Below, in pieces: positions 1 to 9,562 of a stretch of 64,000 bases of DNA (within the stretch, counting starts at the first letter, position 1; each line of letters opens with the position of its first letter). The position numbers and the translations under genes were made by a program. The notes below the pieces were generated by a model, which made no database searches, was not told the DNA's origin, and saw only the letters and a program-made list of their open reading frames with translations. Location of the stretch: NCBI GenBank assembly GCA_965215195.1, contig CBDCDC010000002.1, positions 480,001 through 544,000 of the forward strand. Direction: 5' to 3'. This DNA is from Candidatus Latescibacterota bacterium (lineage in GTDB: Bacteria > Latescibacterota > UBA2968 > UBA8231).

Positions 1-2
1 GG

Positions 3-971
3 GCCGGCGACCGCCTAGAGCTAATGCCGGTGGTGGAGACGACTTGGGCGCTGTGGCAGCGGATGTACCCCAGCACCACCGTGGTACAAGCCACCACGGG
101 CTGGGAGCATTATAACTCGCGACCAGCGTACAACGAACAGCAATACACCTTCTATCCTTACGGCGACTACCGCACCAGCAACGAGTACCTGATTTTCCTA
201 CCCACGACCAACGGCGGCGGCTTTGATCAGCGCTTTGAGACCAAGGATCTAGTGTTGGGGTTGTGCCGCGGCGACCAGACCAAGGCGTACCCCTTCGCGC
301 TGATGCCCGACCGGGCGGTGATCAACGATTTCGTCGGCAGCGATCCCGTAGTCGTCCTCTTCGACGCTGGGTCGCGCACGGCCTTGGCCTATTTCAGCCA
401 GCTCGACGACACACCATTGAGCTTTTACGGAGTAGCGTCTGAGGGGCTGTTGCCGGTGGAATTTGTGGATGCGGAGACGGGTTCGCGCTGGAACATGCTC
501 GGAGAAGCCGTCGCCGGGCCGCTCGCCGGGCGGCGGTTGGCGCAAGTCCCGGCCTACAACGCCATGTGGTTCGCCTGGACCGCCTACTGGCCCGATACTG
601 CGGTCTGGCAGCCGGGCGAGGGGATCCTCAGCGCGGAGGACATCGCCGAGCTCACGGCCGTCGAGGAGGTACTTGACGCGACGCCGACGAGTTTTGCATT
701 GAACCAGAACTTCCCCAATCCCTTCAACGCGCAGACCCTGATCCAGTACGAGCTTCCCGCTGATGGGCAGGTGCGGCTCGGCGTGTTCAACGCCGCAGGG
801 CAGCGGGTGCGCTCGCTGGTGGCGGGCTATCAGACGCACGGGTTGTATCTCCAAAGCTGGGACGGGCGCAACGACGCCGGGGCGCAGGTAGCGAGCGGGG
901 CGTATCTGTACAGGTTGGAGATGCCCGCGGCAGGGTTTAGCCAGACGCGAAGGATGACGTTGGTGCGTTGA
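3..971 (+). CDS. DUF3179-domain protein with C-terminal FlgD-Ig / T9SS type-A-like sorting domain (5'-truncated)
   Basis: Frame is open from position 3, so the true start is upstream of the window. DUF3179-like motifs: TTW..W, D.ETGS.W...G.A..GPL.G..L, WFAW. The tail after TAVEE reads QNFPNPFN...WDG.N..G..VASG.YLY. Confidence 0.8.
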   Translation, partial: AGDRLELMPVVETTWALWQRMYPSTTVVQATTGWEHYNSRPAYNEQQYTFYPYGDYRTSNEYLIFLPTTNGGGFDQRFETKDLVLGLCRGDQTKAYPFALMPDRAVINDFVGSDPVVVLFDAGSRTALAYFSQLDDTPLSFYGVASEGLLPVEFVDAETGSRWNMLGEAVAGPLAGRRLAQVPAYNAMWFAWTAYWPDTAVWQPGEGILSAEDIAELTAVEEVLDATPTSFALNQNFPNPFNAQTLIQYELPADGQVRLGVFNAAGQRVRSLVAGYQTHGLYLQSWDGRNDAGAQVASGAYLYRLEMPAAGFSQTRRMTLVR

Positions 972-1018
972 TTTTTTGAAAATTACACGGGCGGCGGCCC
1001 CCCACCTACGCCCCTGCT

Positions 1019-1741
1019 CTAGGCCGCTGGCAGCACGGGTCGTTCCACGTATTCGACGTAGAGGCGCTCCAAGTCGGCTTCTTGGAATTCGTCGCGGGTG
1101 AGCGTCTTGACGAGGTGCCCCTCGACCATGATGCCCAGCCGGTCGGCGATCACGCGCGCACGGAACACGTCGTGGGTGGTCATCCATATCGCCTTGCCCT
1201 CGTGACGCAACTCATCCAACAGCTCCAAAAACTCGGCCCCGGACTTGGGATCGAGCCCGGACGTCGGCTCGTCAAGTAGCACGATGCGGGCGTCCTTGGC
1301 GATGGCAATGGCAATGCCCAGCTTCTGCCGCATCCCCTTGGAAAACGTCTTGACCCGGCGGTCAAACGCCTCCGGTTGCAAGCCCACGCGCGCCATGATT
1401 GGGTCGTAGTGGGCGGCGTCTTGGGACGGCTGGCCGCTCAAGCGGGTAAAGAAATCCAAGTTCTGCCGCGCGCTGAAGTTGCCGTAGAGCATGACGTTTT
1501 CCGAGACATAGGCCACGTGCTTTTTGGCCTCTAAGGGCTGCTCGGTGATGTCGATGCCGCACAGCTTGACCGTGCCTTTGGTGGGTTCGGTGAAGCCCAA
1601 CGCGACCATCAAGGTGGTGGTCTTGCCCGCGCCGTTGGCCCCGAGCATGGTGAAGACCTCGCCTTCTTGGATGGTCAGGTTGAGGTCGGTGACGGCTTTG
1701 ACGTCGCCGTAGTGCTTGGACAGTCCGATGATTTCCAACAT
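1019..1741 (-). CDS. ABC transporter ATP-binding protein (ABC-2/CcmA type)
   Basis: Walker A GANGAGKTT, signature FSKGMRQK, Walker B LLDEPTSGLDP. Start MLEIIGL at 1741 follows an AAAGGA RBS. Confidence 0.92.
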   Translation of the reverse strand: MLEIIGLSKHYGDVKAVTDLNLTIQEGEVFTMLGANGAGKTTTLMVALGFTEPTKGTVKLCGIDITEQPLEAKKHVAYVSENVMLYGNFSARQNLDFFTRLSGQPSQDAAHYDPIMARVGLQPEAFDRRVKTFSKGMRQKLGIAIAIAKDARIVLLDEPTSGLDPKSGAEFLELLDELRHEGKAIWMTTHDVFRARVIADRLGIMVEGHLVKTLTRDEFQEADLERLYVEYVERPVLPAA

Positions 1742-1817
1742 GATGCGATCCTTTCGCTTGAGTGATTCGTGGTCAGTGGTCAGTCCCCCCCCGCTCTGCG
1801 GGAAGGATTGGGGCTGG

Positions 1818-3215
1818 TCACTGGGCACTGGTTTTGTACAACTCGCTTTGGAGCGCACGCCCCAGTAGCCGCCGCAGCTCTTCGGCTGCGAGGACGTAGG
1901 CCAAACGCTCGGTGAAATAGCTCTGCTCGGCCACGTTGACCGCCACCCGCTGGCGGCGCAGGTCGTCGAAGTTGAGGTTGCCCATGGCGTTTTCAAACAG
2001 CTCTTCGGCCGTGTCCAAGCGCTGGCGGGCAACATCGGCGCGCCGACGCAGAATCTGGGTGTTTTCCCGCCGGCTTTGCAAGGCGTAGAACGCTTCGACC
2101 ACGTCCAGTTCAATTAAGTGGCGGGTCTCGTCGCGGTCTTGGCGCAGCTCGGTAAGCCGCGCCCGCTCCTCGGCCGACTGCGCCAAGCGCCGCCCGCCTT
2201 GGAACAAAGGCAGCGACACGTTGGCCATCACCCGCCAGCCTTCGCCCCTGTCCAGCGCCGGGTCCAAGCCCCGGCTGGCCAGTGCGCGGCGCCCGGACCC
2301 CACCACCTTCCACGTCTGGCCGTTGCCGCTCCAATGCAAGCCGAGATCGGTGTCTTGGAAATCCTTGGTCAGGTGCAGGCCGACGTGGGGCAGCCATTGC
2401 CAGAACACGCTGCGCGCCTGCTGCTGCTGTTGGCCGATTTGCCAGACCAGTTCGGCCAGATGCGGTCGGTTGGCGTGGGCTTCCTCGATGAGGGCGGGCA
2501 GGTCCGCTTCGCTGGGGTTGAGGAGCGGCAGGTGCTCGTAGGGCGGACCAACGATCTCAATGGCGCGCAGCGAGCGCTTGCCCACCAGGCCGATCGCGGT
2601 GAAAAGCTGTAGATGCAGGGCGCGCAGGGTGCGCTGGAGGTGGTTGATGCGCGCCTGCTCCTCCAACACTTCTAACTCGGCCTCGTGTAGCTCCACCGGC
2701 CGCGCCAAGCCGGCGTCAAGGCGCGTTTGCACCCGCTCCATTTTGGCGCGGAAGTACGCGAGCAACTCATCGCGGCTGGCGATTTCGTCGCGGGTCAGCA
2801 GCAGGCGGTAATACGCTTGCCGCACCTCGCTATCGACGGCGATGATGGTCTCGCGGTAACGCGCCTTGGCCGCTTGCTCTTGGTGCTGGGCGGCAAAGCG
2901 CGAGGCCGTGGGGGCCCCGTAGCGCACGAGCTCTTGCTGGGCTTCTAAGAATAGCTCGCGTTGATCGGCTTCCGGCGCATTCGCGGCGGCCAATTCGCGG
3001 CGCTCGTACTCGGCGTTCAGGCCGAGGGTCGGCAGCTGTTCGGCGTAGTCGAGGCGGGTGCGCGCCCGCGTCTGGTTCCAGCGGGCGTGCGCCGCCTCCA
3101 GCACCGGGCTATGCTGGCCGGCGGCGCGCTGACACGTCGTGAGGTTCCACTCCTCGGCCGGGGCCATGCTCGCCCAGCAGCAGAGGGCGGCTAACGTCGA
3201 TCGATAAGTAGTCAT
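1818..3215 (-). CDS. TolC-family outer membrane efflux protein
   Basis: Signal peptide, two helical repeats, LP.L.L and SLPLFQGG motifs. Its ATG overlaps the upstream TGA (3212-3215). Confidence 0.85.
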   Translation of the reverse strand: MTTYRSTLAALCCWASMAPAEEWNLTTCQRAAGQHSPVLEAAHARWNQTRARTRLDYAEQLPTLGLNAEYERRELAAANAPEADQRELFLEAQQELVRYGAPTASRFAAQHQEQAAKARYRETIIAVDSEVRQAYYRLLLTRDEIASRDELLAYFRAKMERVQTRLDAGLARPVELHEAELEVLEEQARINHLQRTLRALHLQLFTAIGLVGKRSLRAIEIVGPPYEHLPLLNPSEADLPALIEEAHANRPHLAELVWQIGQQQQQARSVFWQWLPHVGLHLTKDFQDTDLGLHWSGNGQTWKVVGSGRRALASRGLDPALDRGEGWRVMANVSLPLFQGGRRLAQSAEERARLTELRQDRDETRHLIELDVVEAFYALQSRRENTQILRRRADVARQRLDTAEELFENAMGNLNFDDLRRQRVAVNVAEQSYFTERLAYVLAAEELRRLLGRALQSELYKTSAQ

Positions 3216-4723
3216 CGCTTGCTCCATTGCACGGTGAAGACGGCCACGCCCAGCACGATGGTCACCAGCAAGAGCACCAACCCGGTGATGCCCCAAAACG
3301 ACCCATCGCTCTTGATGTTGATGTTGACGGTGCGCTCAACCGACTCGACCCACTGCCCCTTGTGCTGGGTGCTGGCACTGGTCTTGACTTCGTAGCGGCC
3401 GATTTCCGCGCTGTGGACCGGCCGCACGGTCAGCGTGGCCTCTATTTCCTCACGCGGGGCGATCTGGGCGATTTCCGGCGGCTCAAACGCGACCTCCCAG
3501 CCCGGCGGCGACAGGGCTTGCAGGCGGATGTCGAGCAAGGCCACTGTGCCGAGGTTGCGCACCTGCCAAACGGACTGGGATTCGCCTTCGCCATTGACCG
3601 ACAGGTCGAGGTTGAGGGTGGTCAGTTCCAGTTCGGCGCGGCCGGTGGGCACCAGTTGCAGTTGCTCGTAGCCAATGCCGAGGGCCTGCCAGCGCGCCGG
3701 ATCGGCCGCGGCCAACGCCTCGGCGTCCACGGTCTTAGGCTCGTAGGCCAGCACCGAGAACAAGATCGGCTGATCGACGGCAAAGCGCTCGGCCTGTTCG
3801 GGGACGAACACGTTGAGGATCAGCGATTCGCTGGAGTGGTCGCGGGAAAAGCGCAGCCGCGACAGGTTGCGATCCCCGCTCTCAAACGCCCAGCGGAAGT
3901 CGTCGGGCAGGCCGTGCGCCATCAGTTGGAAGATCTTTTCGTCTTCGGCCAGCCGCTCCAAGTGCAACTCGTAGGCCACCGCATTGCCCAAAGCGCCTTC
4001 TTGGGAAAACTGGGTGGCGTACACGCGCACCACGTCGCGGGCGGACGCCTTTTCGAGGTGAATGACGTGGTCGTCGGTGCGGTTGAGGTATTGCAGTTGC
4101 ACGGTGAGGTCTTCGACCTCGGGACGCTGCAAGCCGACCTCGACTTCGACGGCCTCGCCGAGCGCCAGCACCGGGATGTGGACTTGGTAGGGCTGGCCGA
4201 CCATGACGTGATCGGCGAGGATGGTGACGAAGATGTTGTTGACCTGCAACAGGGAGGCCGCGTCTTGGTCGAGGCCGTTGATGGCGTAGCGCCGGCGCGC
4301 CTGATCGACCATTTGCGCCAAGTGGAGGTCAGAGTCGTTGCGCAGGGTGAGCCGCACGCGAACCTTGTCGCCTTCGACGCCGTACTTTTGGCCGTTGACG
4401 ACCGTCAGGTGGGTGGCGTCGCTGAGGGAGTGGAGGAAGGCGCGCTGGAGGTTTAAGTCGGCGCGTTGTCGCTCTTGGCGGGTGCGCTCAAACCGCTCGC
4501 GGGCAAGGCGCAACTCTTGGCCGGTGACCACGCCGCGCTCCTTGAGGCCGATCATCTGATCGTGTTCGATTGCGACTTCGGCTTCGCGCGCTTTGGCCTG
4601 TTCCAGCGTCAAGTGGGCCTCTTCGAGGTCGAGCAAGATGCGCTGCTGTTCCTTGGTCAAGGTTTCGGCATGGGCCACGAGGGCGCACAGCAGCAGGCCG
4701 AAAACATAGAAGAGCGAGGACAT
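3212..4723 (-). CDS. Exported coiled-coil + Ig-like (NEW3/COG1470-like) protein with C-terminal TM anchor
   Basis: Signal peptide and an N-terminal coiled coil (ERGVVTGQELRLARERFE). NEW3-like motif V.N.G...L.DI.L....P.GW.V.F.P..I..I.P.E...G.Y. Hydrophobic C-terminal helix followed by SKR. Confidence 0.7.
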   Translation of the reverse strand: MSSLFYVFGLLLCALVAHAETLTKEQQRILLDLEEAHLTLEQAKAREAEVAIEHDQMIGLKERGVVTGQELRLARERFERTRQERQRADLNLQRAFLHSLSDATHLTVVNGQKYGVEGDKVRVRLTLRNDSDLHLAQMVDQARRRYAINGLDQDAASLLQVNNIFVTILADHVMVGQPYQVHIPVLALGEAVEVEVGLQRPEVEDLTVQLQYLNRTDDHVIHLEKASARDVVRVYATQFSQEGALGNAVAYELHLERLAEDEKIFQLMAHGLPDDFRWAFESGDRNLSRLRFSRDHSSESLILNVFVPEQAERFAVDQPILFSVLAYEPKTVDAEALAAADPARWQALGIGYEQLQLVPTGRAELELTTLNLDLSVNGEGESQSVWQVRNLGTVALLDIRLQALSPPGWEVAFEPPEIAQIAPREEIEATLTVRPVHSAEIGRYEVKTSASTQHKGQWVESVERTVNINIKSDGSFWGITGLVLLLVTIVLGVAVFTVQWSKR

Positions 4724-4803
4724 GGCGAACTCCTTTCTAGAGGATGCTGGCGCACAGCGAGGAACGGTAGGCCAGCACAGGTTGTGGCTTCTGCTTAGTT
4801 AAT

Positions 4804-4820
4804 AGCAAGCATCGTGCCAA
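4804..4820 (-). promoter_or_regulatory. Sigma-54 (-24/-12) promoter of the 4723 gene-tolC-ATPase unit
   Basis: Minus strand reads TTGGCACGATGCTTGCT: GG-N10-GC, matching the TGGCAC-N5-TTGCW consensus. Confidence 0.85.
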
Positions 4821-4964
4821 ATAGTAGCCAGCGAGCGACGATCGCGCCGATTTATTTGCTTTTACGATTCATAAATTACTGTTAAATAATGTCTTATAAA
4901 GAGTAAAATAAAGTTCTCGCCGATCGCTCAGACCCTTTGCGATGCCTTCTTAACGCGCTAAAAG

Positions 4965-5024
4965 TGCGCGGATATATCGCACAAGTGCGTCGAATCATCG
5001 CTTTTGATGCGTCTAAACATCGCA
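4965..5024. promoter_or_regulatory. Three tandem imperfect-palindromic boxes (putative bEBP upstream activating sequences)
   Basis: TGCG-N7-ATCGC(A/T) at 4965-4981, 4986-5002 and 5008-5024 (21-22 bp period); conserved in the second copy at 9563-9621. Confidence 0.75.
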
Positions 5025-5267
5025 GGGGCGCACCTGTTGATTGCGGCGTAGGGCTTCTTCCGTTGAACGTTTCCGTTGCCTGCTGAGGCCGGAAGGAGGG
5101 GTGAAGAATCGCAGATAAGTCGGCGGTTGGTGCGGGTTGACGGACAGCGGGAGTTTTGGCACGGAAGCGGGCAGCTCGCTTTTAAGGCGTTTGGGTCAAG
5201 CGGCCATGGCCTTAATAACCGCTTAGCTCTGCATTGAGGCGCGCCGCCGCCACCCATTCGGCGACCT

Positions 5268-6719
5268 TTAGACAATGCTGGTCCGCAACCACGCCCGGTA
5301 GGCCAGCATGTAGGTGAGCGTGGCGAAGAAGAATAGACCGATGACATCGACGACCGCGTGCCGCAGCAAGGTCGTCGCCGACAGGTTCTCGGTGAAAATC
5401 GGCAGGGTGTCGGGGTCGATTTTCTGCCGCGACAGCCCTTGGGCGACGAGGGGGATGTGCATGCTTTTGGGATCGTCGCGGTCGCGGGTGAGCATGGTCT
5501 GCTCAAACTGCTGGACAAAGGTGCGCGCCTGCTCGACAAAGCTTTTGTGGCGCGCCAGTCCGGTGCCGGCGAGCGCCTCCATGCCGTACTGAAAGCAGCC
5601 CATTGGCGACAGACGCACGATGTGGCGGGCGTTTTCGACCTCGCCGAGGCTGTGAGCCAAAAAGCGGTTTTCGCGGTCTTGGTGAAACTGGCGCACGGCG
5701 CGTTGGGCGTCGGCCAACTGGCGCACTTTTTCGGGGTTTCTCAGATCGCGGTTCCGCAAACTGTTCTTAAGGTGAATGAGTCTTTGGCGCGCCGGCGTGT
5801 TTTTCTTTGCGAAGCCATGCCCCAGCACCAGTTCCTCCTCGAATTCGCTGACCAACACGCGGGCGGCCAGTGCGCCGCCGGTGGCCGGCCAGAGCAGCAC
5901 CCCGCAAGTCCACAGCAACAGCACGCCCACTAAGCTGGAGCGCGTGGTGCTGCTCCGTATTGACACCCACAGCCCCAAGCCGACAAAGCAGGCCAGATAC
6001 AGCAGCGACAGGCCGACCATGCCGACCAAGCGCCCGGCCTCGACCAGACCCAAGTTCATCTGCGAGAGTGCGAGGACGATGAGCAAGTTGACGACAATGG
6101 CGAGGCTGAGCACGAGGGCGAGAGCCAGCATCGCGCCGAGGAACTTGCCCAGCAGCAGGGTGTGGCGCGGCAGGCTCTGCGCCATGACCAGCTTGAGGGT
6201 GCCGCGCTCTTTTTCGCCGATGAAGGCGTCAAAGGTGAACAACAAGGCCATGAGGCTGAGCAGGCCGCCGATGATAAAGACCCAGTCGATGGCTTGCGTT
6301 TCGAGCAGTTGGCTGGCCTTGGGAGCCCAGATGTCGATGATGTCCCAGTAGATGAGTACAAAGGGATCGTAGAATGTGGTGCCACCGTAGGTACTTTCAA
6401 AGCTCTGGGTCCACAGGCGTTCGGGCAGGGCGTCGTTGGCCCCGGTGGCGCAGAACATGAGGGGGCTGGGTTTTTTATAGAGGTACTTTTGCCCGGAGTG
6501 GAGGATCAGCTTCCACAGGCCGCGTTGGGCGTGGCTGCGGCCAATTTCTTGCTCGGCTTGGACTTGCTGGAGATAGTGGTCGCGCCGGAACTCGTACGAG
6601 CCGCCGACAAAGCCGAGGGCGTTGAGCACCATGAACCCCACCGTCAGCACGAGGGCCAAGCCAAAGCGCAGGCTGAGGAGGTGATCGATCAGTTCGCGTT
6701 TTACAATAGCGGTTAGCAT
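5268..6719 (-). CDS. ABC-2 type (NosY/COG1277-like) permease
   Basis: IVKREL..HL.S.RF N-terminus, GEKERGTLKL..A....R..LLLGK motif, several TM helices with two large periplasmic loops. GAAGGAGG RBS before ATG 6719. Confidence 0.88.
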   Translation of the reverse strand: MLTAIVKRELIDHLLSLRFGLALVLTVGFMVLNALGFVGGSYEFRRDHYLQQVQAEQEIGRSHAQRGLWKLILHSGQKYLYKKPSPLMFCATGANDALPERLWTQSFESTYGGTTFYDPFVLIYWDIIDIWAPKASQLLETQAIDWVFIIGGLLSLMALLFTFDAFIGEKERGTLKLVMAQSLPRHTLLLGKFLGAMLALALVLSLAIVVNLLIVLALSQMNLGLVEAGRLVGMVGLSLLYLACFVGLGLWVSIRSSTTRSSLVGVLLLWTCGVLLWPATGGALAARVLVSEFEEELVLGHGFAKKNTPARQRLIHLKNSLRNRDLRNPEKVRQLADAQRAVRQFHQDRENRFLAHSLGEVENARHIVRLSPMGCFQYGMEALAGTGLARHKSFVEQARTFVQQFEQTMLTRDRDDPKSMHIPLVAQGLSRQKIDPDTLPIFTENLSATTLLRHAVVDVIGLFFFATLTYMLAYRAWLRTSIV

Positions 6720-6745
6720 GGGGATGCCTCCTTCTGTTGGGTCGC

Positions 6746-8311
6746 TCACATAGCGTCGTAGCGGGCGAAGCACCGATTGGCGACGACAAAGAGCACGGCC
6801 GCATACAGCCCTAGGACCGTTAGGGCTGGCAGGGCGTGACTCAAGCTCTCGCTGACCGTCCAGCCGCGCTCGTGAAATCGCGGCAAGTCGCGCAGGTCGG
6901 CGCGCCAGCCGGGATCGTCGTTGAACCACTCGCGGGCGCCAAATGCATCGCGGTCCTCAAGGAAGGTGATGACTTGCCCGCGATAGGCGCGCACTTGGTC
7001 GATAAAGTCTTCGTATTCGCGTTGGCTGGTGCCGGCGAAGATACTGGCGGCTTGGGCGTATGCGCCGGCCGGCAGGAGGCGTTGGAGTTGGGCGTTGAGT
7101 CGTTGGATGCGGCGGGGGAAGCCTTCGAGCAGGGGGGCCTTCTCGTTCCAAGCGCGCTGGGCGTACTGCAAGCGCAACCGCTCGCCGGTGCGGACGATGT
7201 CTTGGAACTTCGCCAGCGCGGGCGAATCGGCGACATTCGATAGGTAGAGTTGGGGCGTCTGCCCGTCTCTTATAGAGTAGCTTCCTCCATAAGCGGATAA
7301 CGTTCCGCGTTCCCGCGTCGCGGGGAGCCGTTTGACCATATTTGTGGGAAAGTACTGGGTCTGGCCGTGCGCCCGTGCGAGATCCGTGACCTCCTGCTCG
7401 AACTCTTTCCACACTTGCGCGGCTTGGTGGTGGGCTTGGGCATGCTTTTCGCCCATGTTGGCCTGCTCGTTGAGCAAAGCTGAAATGCTGTTGGGCAGCC
7501 CAATCGCCAGCAGTGCCCACGCGAATAGCGCGTAAATCAAGCTGGTCGCCGAGCGGTGCGTGGCGCACGAGATCGCCAGCCCAATCAGGTAGAATACCAG
7601 CAGGTACAGCAGCGACAGCGCGAACAGCCAGCCCACCCGCACCCACTCGCCGATCCCGACTTCGATGTTCTCGGTGCCCAACAGCAAGATCGTCAGCAGG
7701 ATAAAGCCCAAGGCCGTTGGAATGGCCAGCGTGGTCAGGCCGGCGAGGACTTTGCCGGCGAGGACTTGGGCGCGGCTGACGTTGGTGGTCAGCATCAGCC
7801 GCAGGGTGCCGTCCTCCTTCTCGCCGGAGACGGTCTCGCTGGCGATGAGAATGGCCAGCAAGCCGAGCACGAGTTGGAAGATGTACACCATGTCGAAGAA
7901 GGCAAAGAGGGCGAGGTAGGGATTGCTCGACTGAAAGGGCGAGACCTCCTCGGCTTGGTAGGGCACCTCGAAGAGGAGCACTTTGACGGCTTGTCCCAAC
8001 TGTCGTTCGGCTCCTTGGGCGAACACTTGTAGGGGGCGCGGCAGTCGTAGGGCCCGTGGAGCGGCCTTGGGTATGGTCTCGTTGGGTGTGCTTAACTTGT
8101 CGCTACCCAGGGCCGAATAATAGGTGATTTCGTGCAGTTTGCTGTCCTCAACGGCTCGCTGTATGAGGTAGCTGGCCTTTTTGTGGACATAGGCCTGAGT
8201 AGAGAGTACGCCGTTGGCGATGATGAGCACCACCGCGAGGGCGGTGCAAGCGGCGAAGCGCTGGCTGAGCAGATGGCTGAGCATCTCTTTTTTGAACACA
8301 ATGCCGATCAT
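6746..8311 (-). CDS. ABC-2 type permease (paralog)
   Basis: VFKKEM..HL.S.RF and SGEKEDGTLRL..T..VSR..VLAGK motifs; same topology as its neighbour. Confidence 0.88.
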   Translation of the reverse strand: MIGIVFKKEMLSHLLSQRFAACTALAVVLIIANGVLSTQAYVHKKASYLIQRAVEDSKLHEITYYSALGSDKLSTPNETIPKAAPRALRLPRPLQVFAQGAERQLGQAVKVLLFEVPYQAEEVSPFQSSNPYLALFAFFDMVYIFQLVLGLLAILIASETVSGEKEDGTLRLMLTTNVSRAQVLAGKVLAGLTTLAIPTALGFILLTILLLGTENIEVGIGEWVRVGWLFALSLLYLLVFYLIGLAISCATHRSATSLIYALFAWALLAIGLPNSISALLNEQANMGEKHAQAHHQAAQVWKEFEQEVTDLARAHGQTQYFPTNMVKRLPATRERGTLSAYGGSYSIRDGQTPQLYLSNVADSPALAKFQDIVRTGERLRLQYAQRAWNEKAPLLEGFPRRIQRLNAQLQRLLPAGAYAQAASIFAGTSQREYEDFIDQVRAYRGQVITFLEDRDAFGAREWFNDDPGWRADLRDLPRFHERGWTVSESLSHALPALTVLGLYAAVLFVVANRCFARYDAM

Positions 8312-8329
8312 GGTGCGGCTCCTAGATTG

Positions 8330-8364
8330 GAAGCGGCCTCCGAGCCTAGCGTGGAGGCCGCTTC
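8330..8364. other. Perfect 12-bp inverted repeat (intergenic hairpin)
   Basis: GAAGCGGCCTCC (8330-8341) / GGAGGCCGCTTC (8353-8364). No U-tract follows on the minus strand. Confidence 0.7.
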
Positions 8365-8413
8365 GCTCGCTTATGGAATAGTGTGGGTTGTTGCTTGCGG
8401 CACGGTGAGGAGA

Positions 8414-9232
8414 TTACATGAAGTTGAACAGAAGAAATTGATGCGGCACACCATGGCTGAAATAGACCTCTACATGGCGCCACATAGCCTTCTCGGGATC
8501 CCAAAGTAGCCGAAAAAAGGTAGGAGTGCGCCCTGGTGTCTCAAACGTGGTGAACTCTTCGGGCTCTTCAACGATGAACATGATGTCGGCAAAGACCAGA
8601 GGTGTGCCGCCTTGCAAGCGCTTTTCGACTTCTTCCCGTAGTTTGATGAACTCAAAGAACACGTTGCCCTTGGGAAGCATGCCATGAGTCTCAAGGTAGG
8701 ACTTATAGCTAGCGTATTCCTCCTGCATCTCAAACACCTTGAACGCGCTGTCGAAAAAAGACACGTTTGCAAAGAAATAGTCGCGTTTCGCCATATTGAG
8801 CATGACCTTGTGAAAGCTTTTGAAGAAAGCAGAGGGCGTGTCGGTATCACCTTCTAGGACTCCCTGACTCTTGGTCTCCTTTTTCACCTGCTCTATCAGG
8901 TCGGAGTTATTAGCACCCTCTCGCATGTAAAATGCAACGGCGAGACTATCGCTACCCGAAACCGAAAAGGCGACCAAGAGATCGTAGAGCCAATCGCGTA
9001 GACCGGCTTCTTGCTCCAGATCAATGGCAGTACCCAAGTCAACGGGGATGGACTCTATGGCATTCCGCAATTCATCGCCGGCCTCGACCTTCATCATCTC
9101 TTGACCGTGGATATAGTCGTAGAAGACTTGGAGGCTGTCGGATGAAAAGCCGCCGTACTGGGGCTTAGGCTCGGCAGCACTGGAGATGCCGTACCAGATG
9201 GTGATCAGGGCGAAAATGGCTAAGGATTGCAT
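8414..9232 (-). CDS. Hypothetical secreted protein
   Basis: 272 aa, AAGGAG RBS, signal peptide MQSLAIFALITIWYGISSA; no motif recognised. Confidence 0.75.
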   Translation of the reverse strand: MQSLAIFALITIWYGISSAAEPKPQYGGFSSDSLQVFYDYIHGQEMMKVEAGDELRNAIESIPVDLGTAIDLEQEAGLRDWLYDLLVAFSVSGSDSLAVAFYMREGANNSDLIEQVKKETKSQGVLEGDTDTPSAFFKSFHKVMLNMAKRDYFFANVSFFDSAFKVFEMQEEYASYKSYLETHGMLPKGNVFFEFIKLREEVEKRLQGGTPLVFADIMFIVEEPEEFTTFETPGRTPTFFRLLWDPEKAMWRHVEVYFSHGVPHQFLLFNFM

Positions 9233-9401
9233 GGTGTTCTCCTTGTTTTTGATAGGTTATTGTAGGCGGTGAGTGGTCGGCTGGGTTGCCCTTGGGTAGC
9301 GGCGAGTAACCTCCGAGGTGAAGCCCCAAGCCAGTTTAGACGATGTGCTTCATAAGCGTTCCCTCCTTTCTGTTGTGGGTTGTTGCTTTTGTGGGCATTA
9401 T

Positions 9402-9418
9402 CGCAATTATCGTGCCAA
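9402..9418 (-). promoter_or_regulatory. Sigma-54 promoter of the 9232 gene-permease unit
   Basis: Minus strand reads TTGGCACGATAATTGCG (GG-N10-GC). Confidence 0.85.
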
Positions 9419-9562
9419 TGAATGGCCAGCGGGCGATAATCGCGCCGCTTCCTTTGATTTTATACATCCTAACTACCTGTTATACAATACGTTATAAAAA
9501 GAAAATTAATTTTCTCGCCCGCCTCTCAGGCTTTTTGCGACGCTCGCTTGACGCCCCAAAAA

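Noticed and set aside
1742-2113. N-terminal extension of the ABC ATPase in the ORF track
   Set aside because: Overlaps tolC in another frame; the RBS and family N-terminus point to ATG 1741.
3227-4456. Long antisense ORFs (also 15755-16711, 24797-26404, 30108-31502) and alternate-frame ORFs such as 41234-42970
   Set aside because: Shadow frames of well-supported genes, expected in high-GC DNA; no recognisable motifs.
4965-5024. Periodic repeats as a possible mini-CRISPR
   Set aside because: Units are 17 bp with 4-5 bp gaps and no cas genes; the pattern fits protein-binding sites.
5155-5175. TTGGCACG on the plus strand as a third sigma-54 promoter
   Set aside because: No GC at the required GG-N10-GC position and no downstream plus-strand gene.
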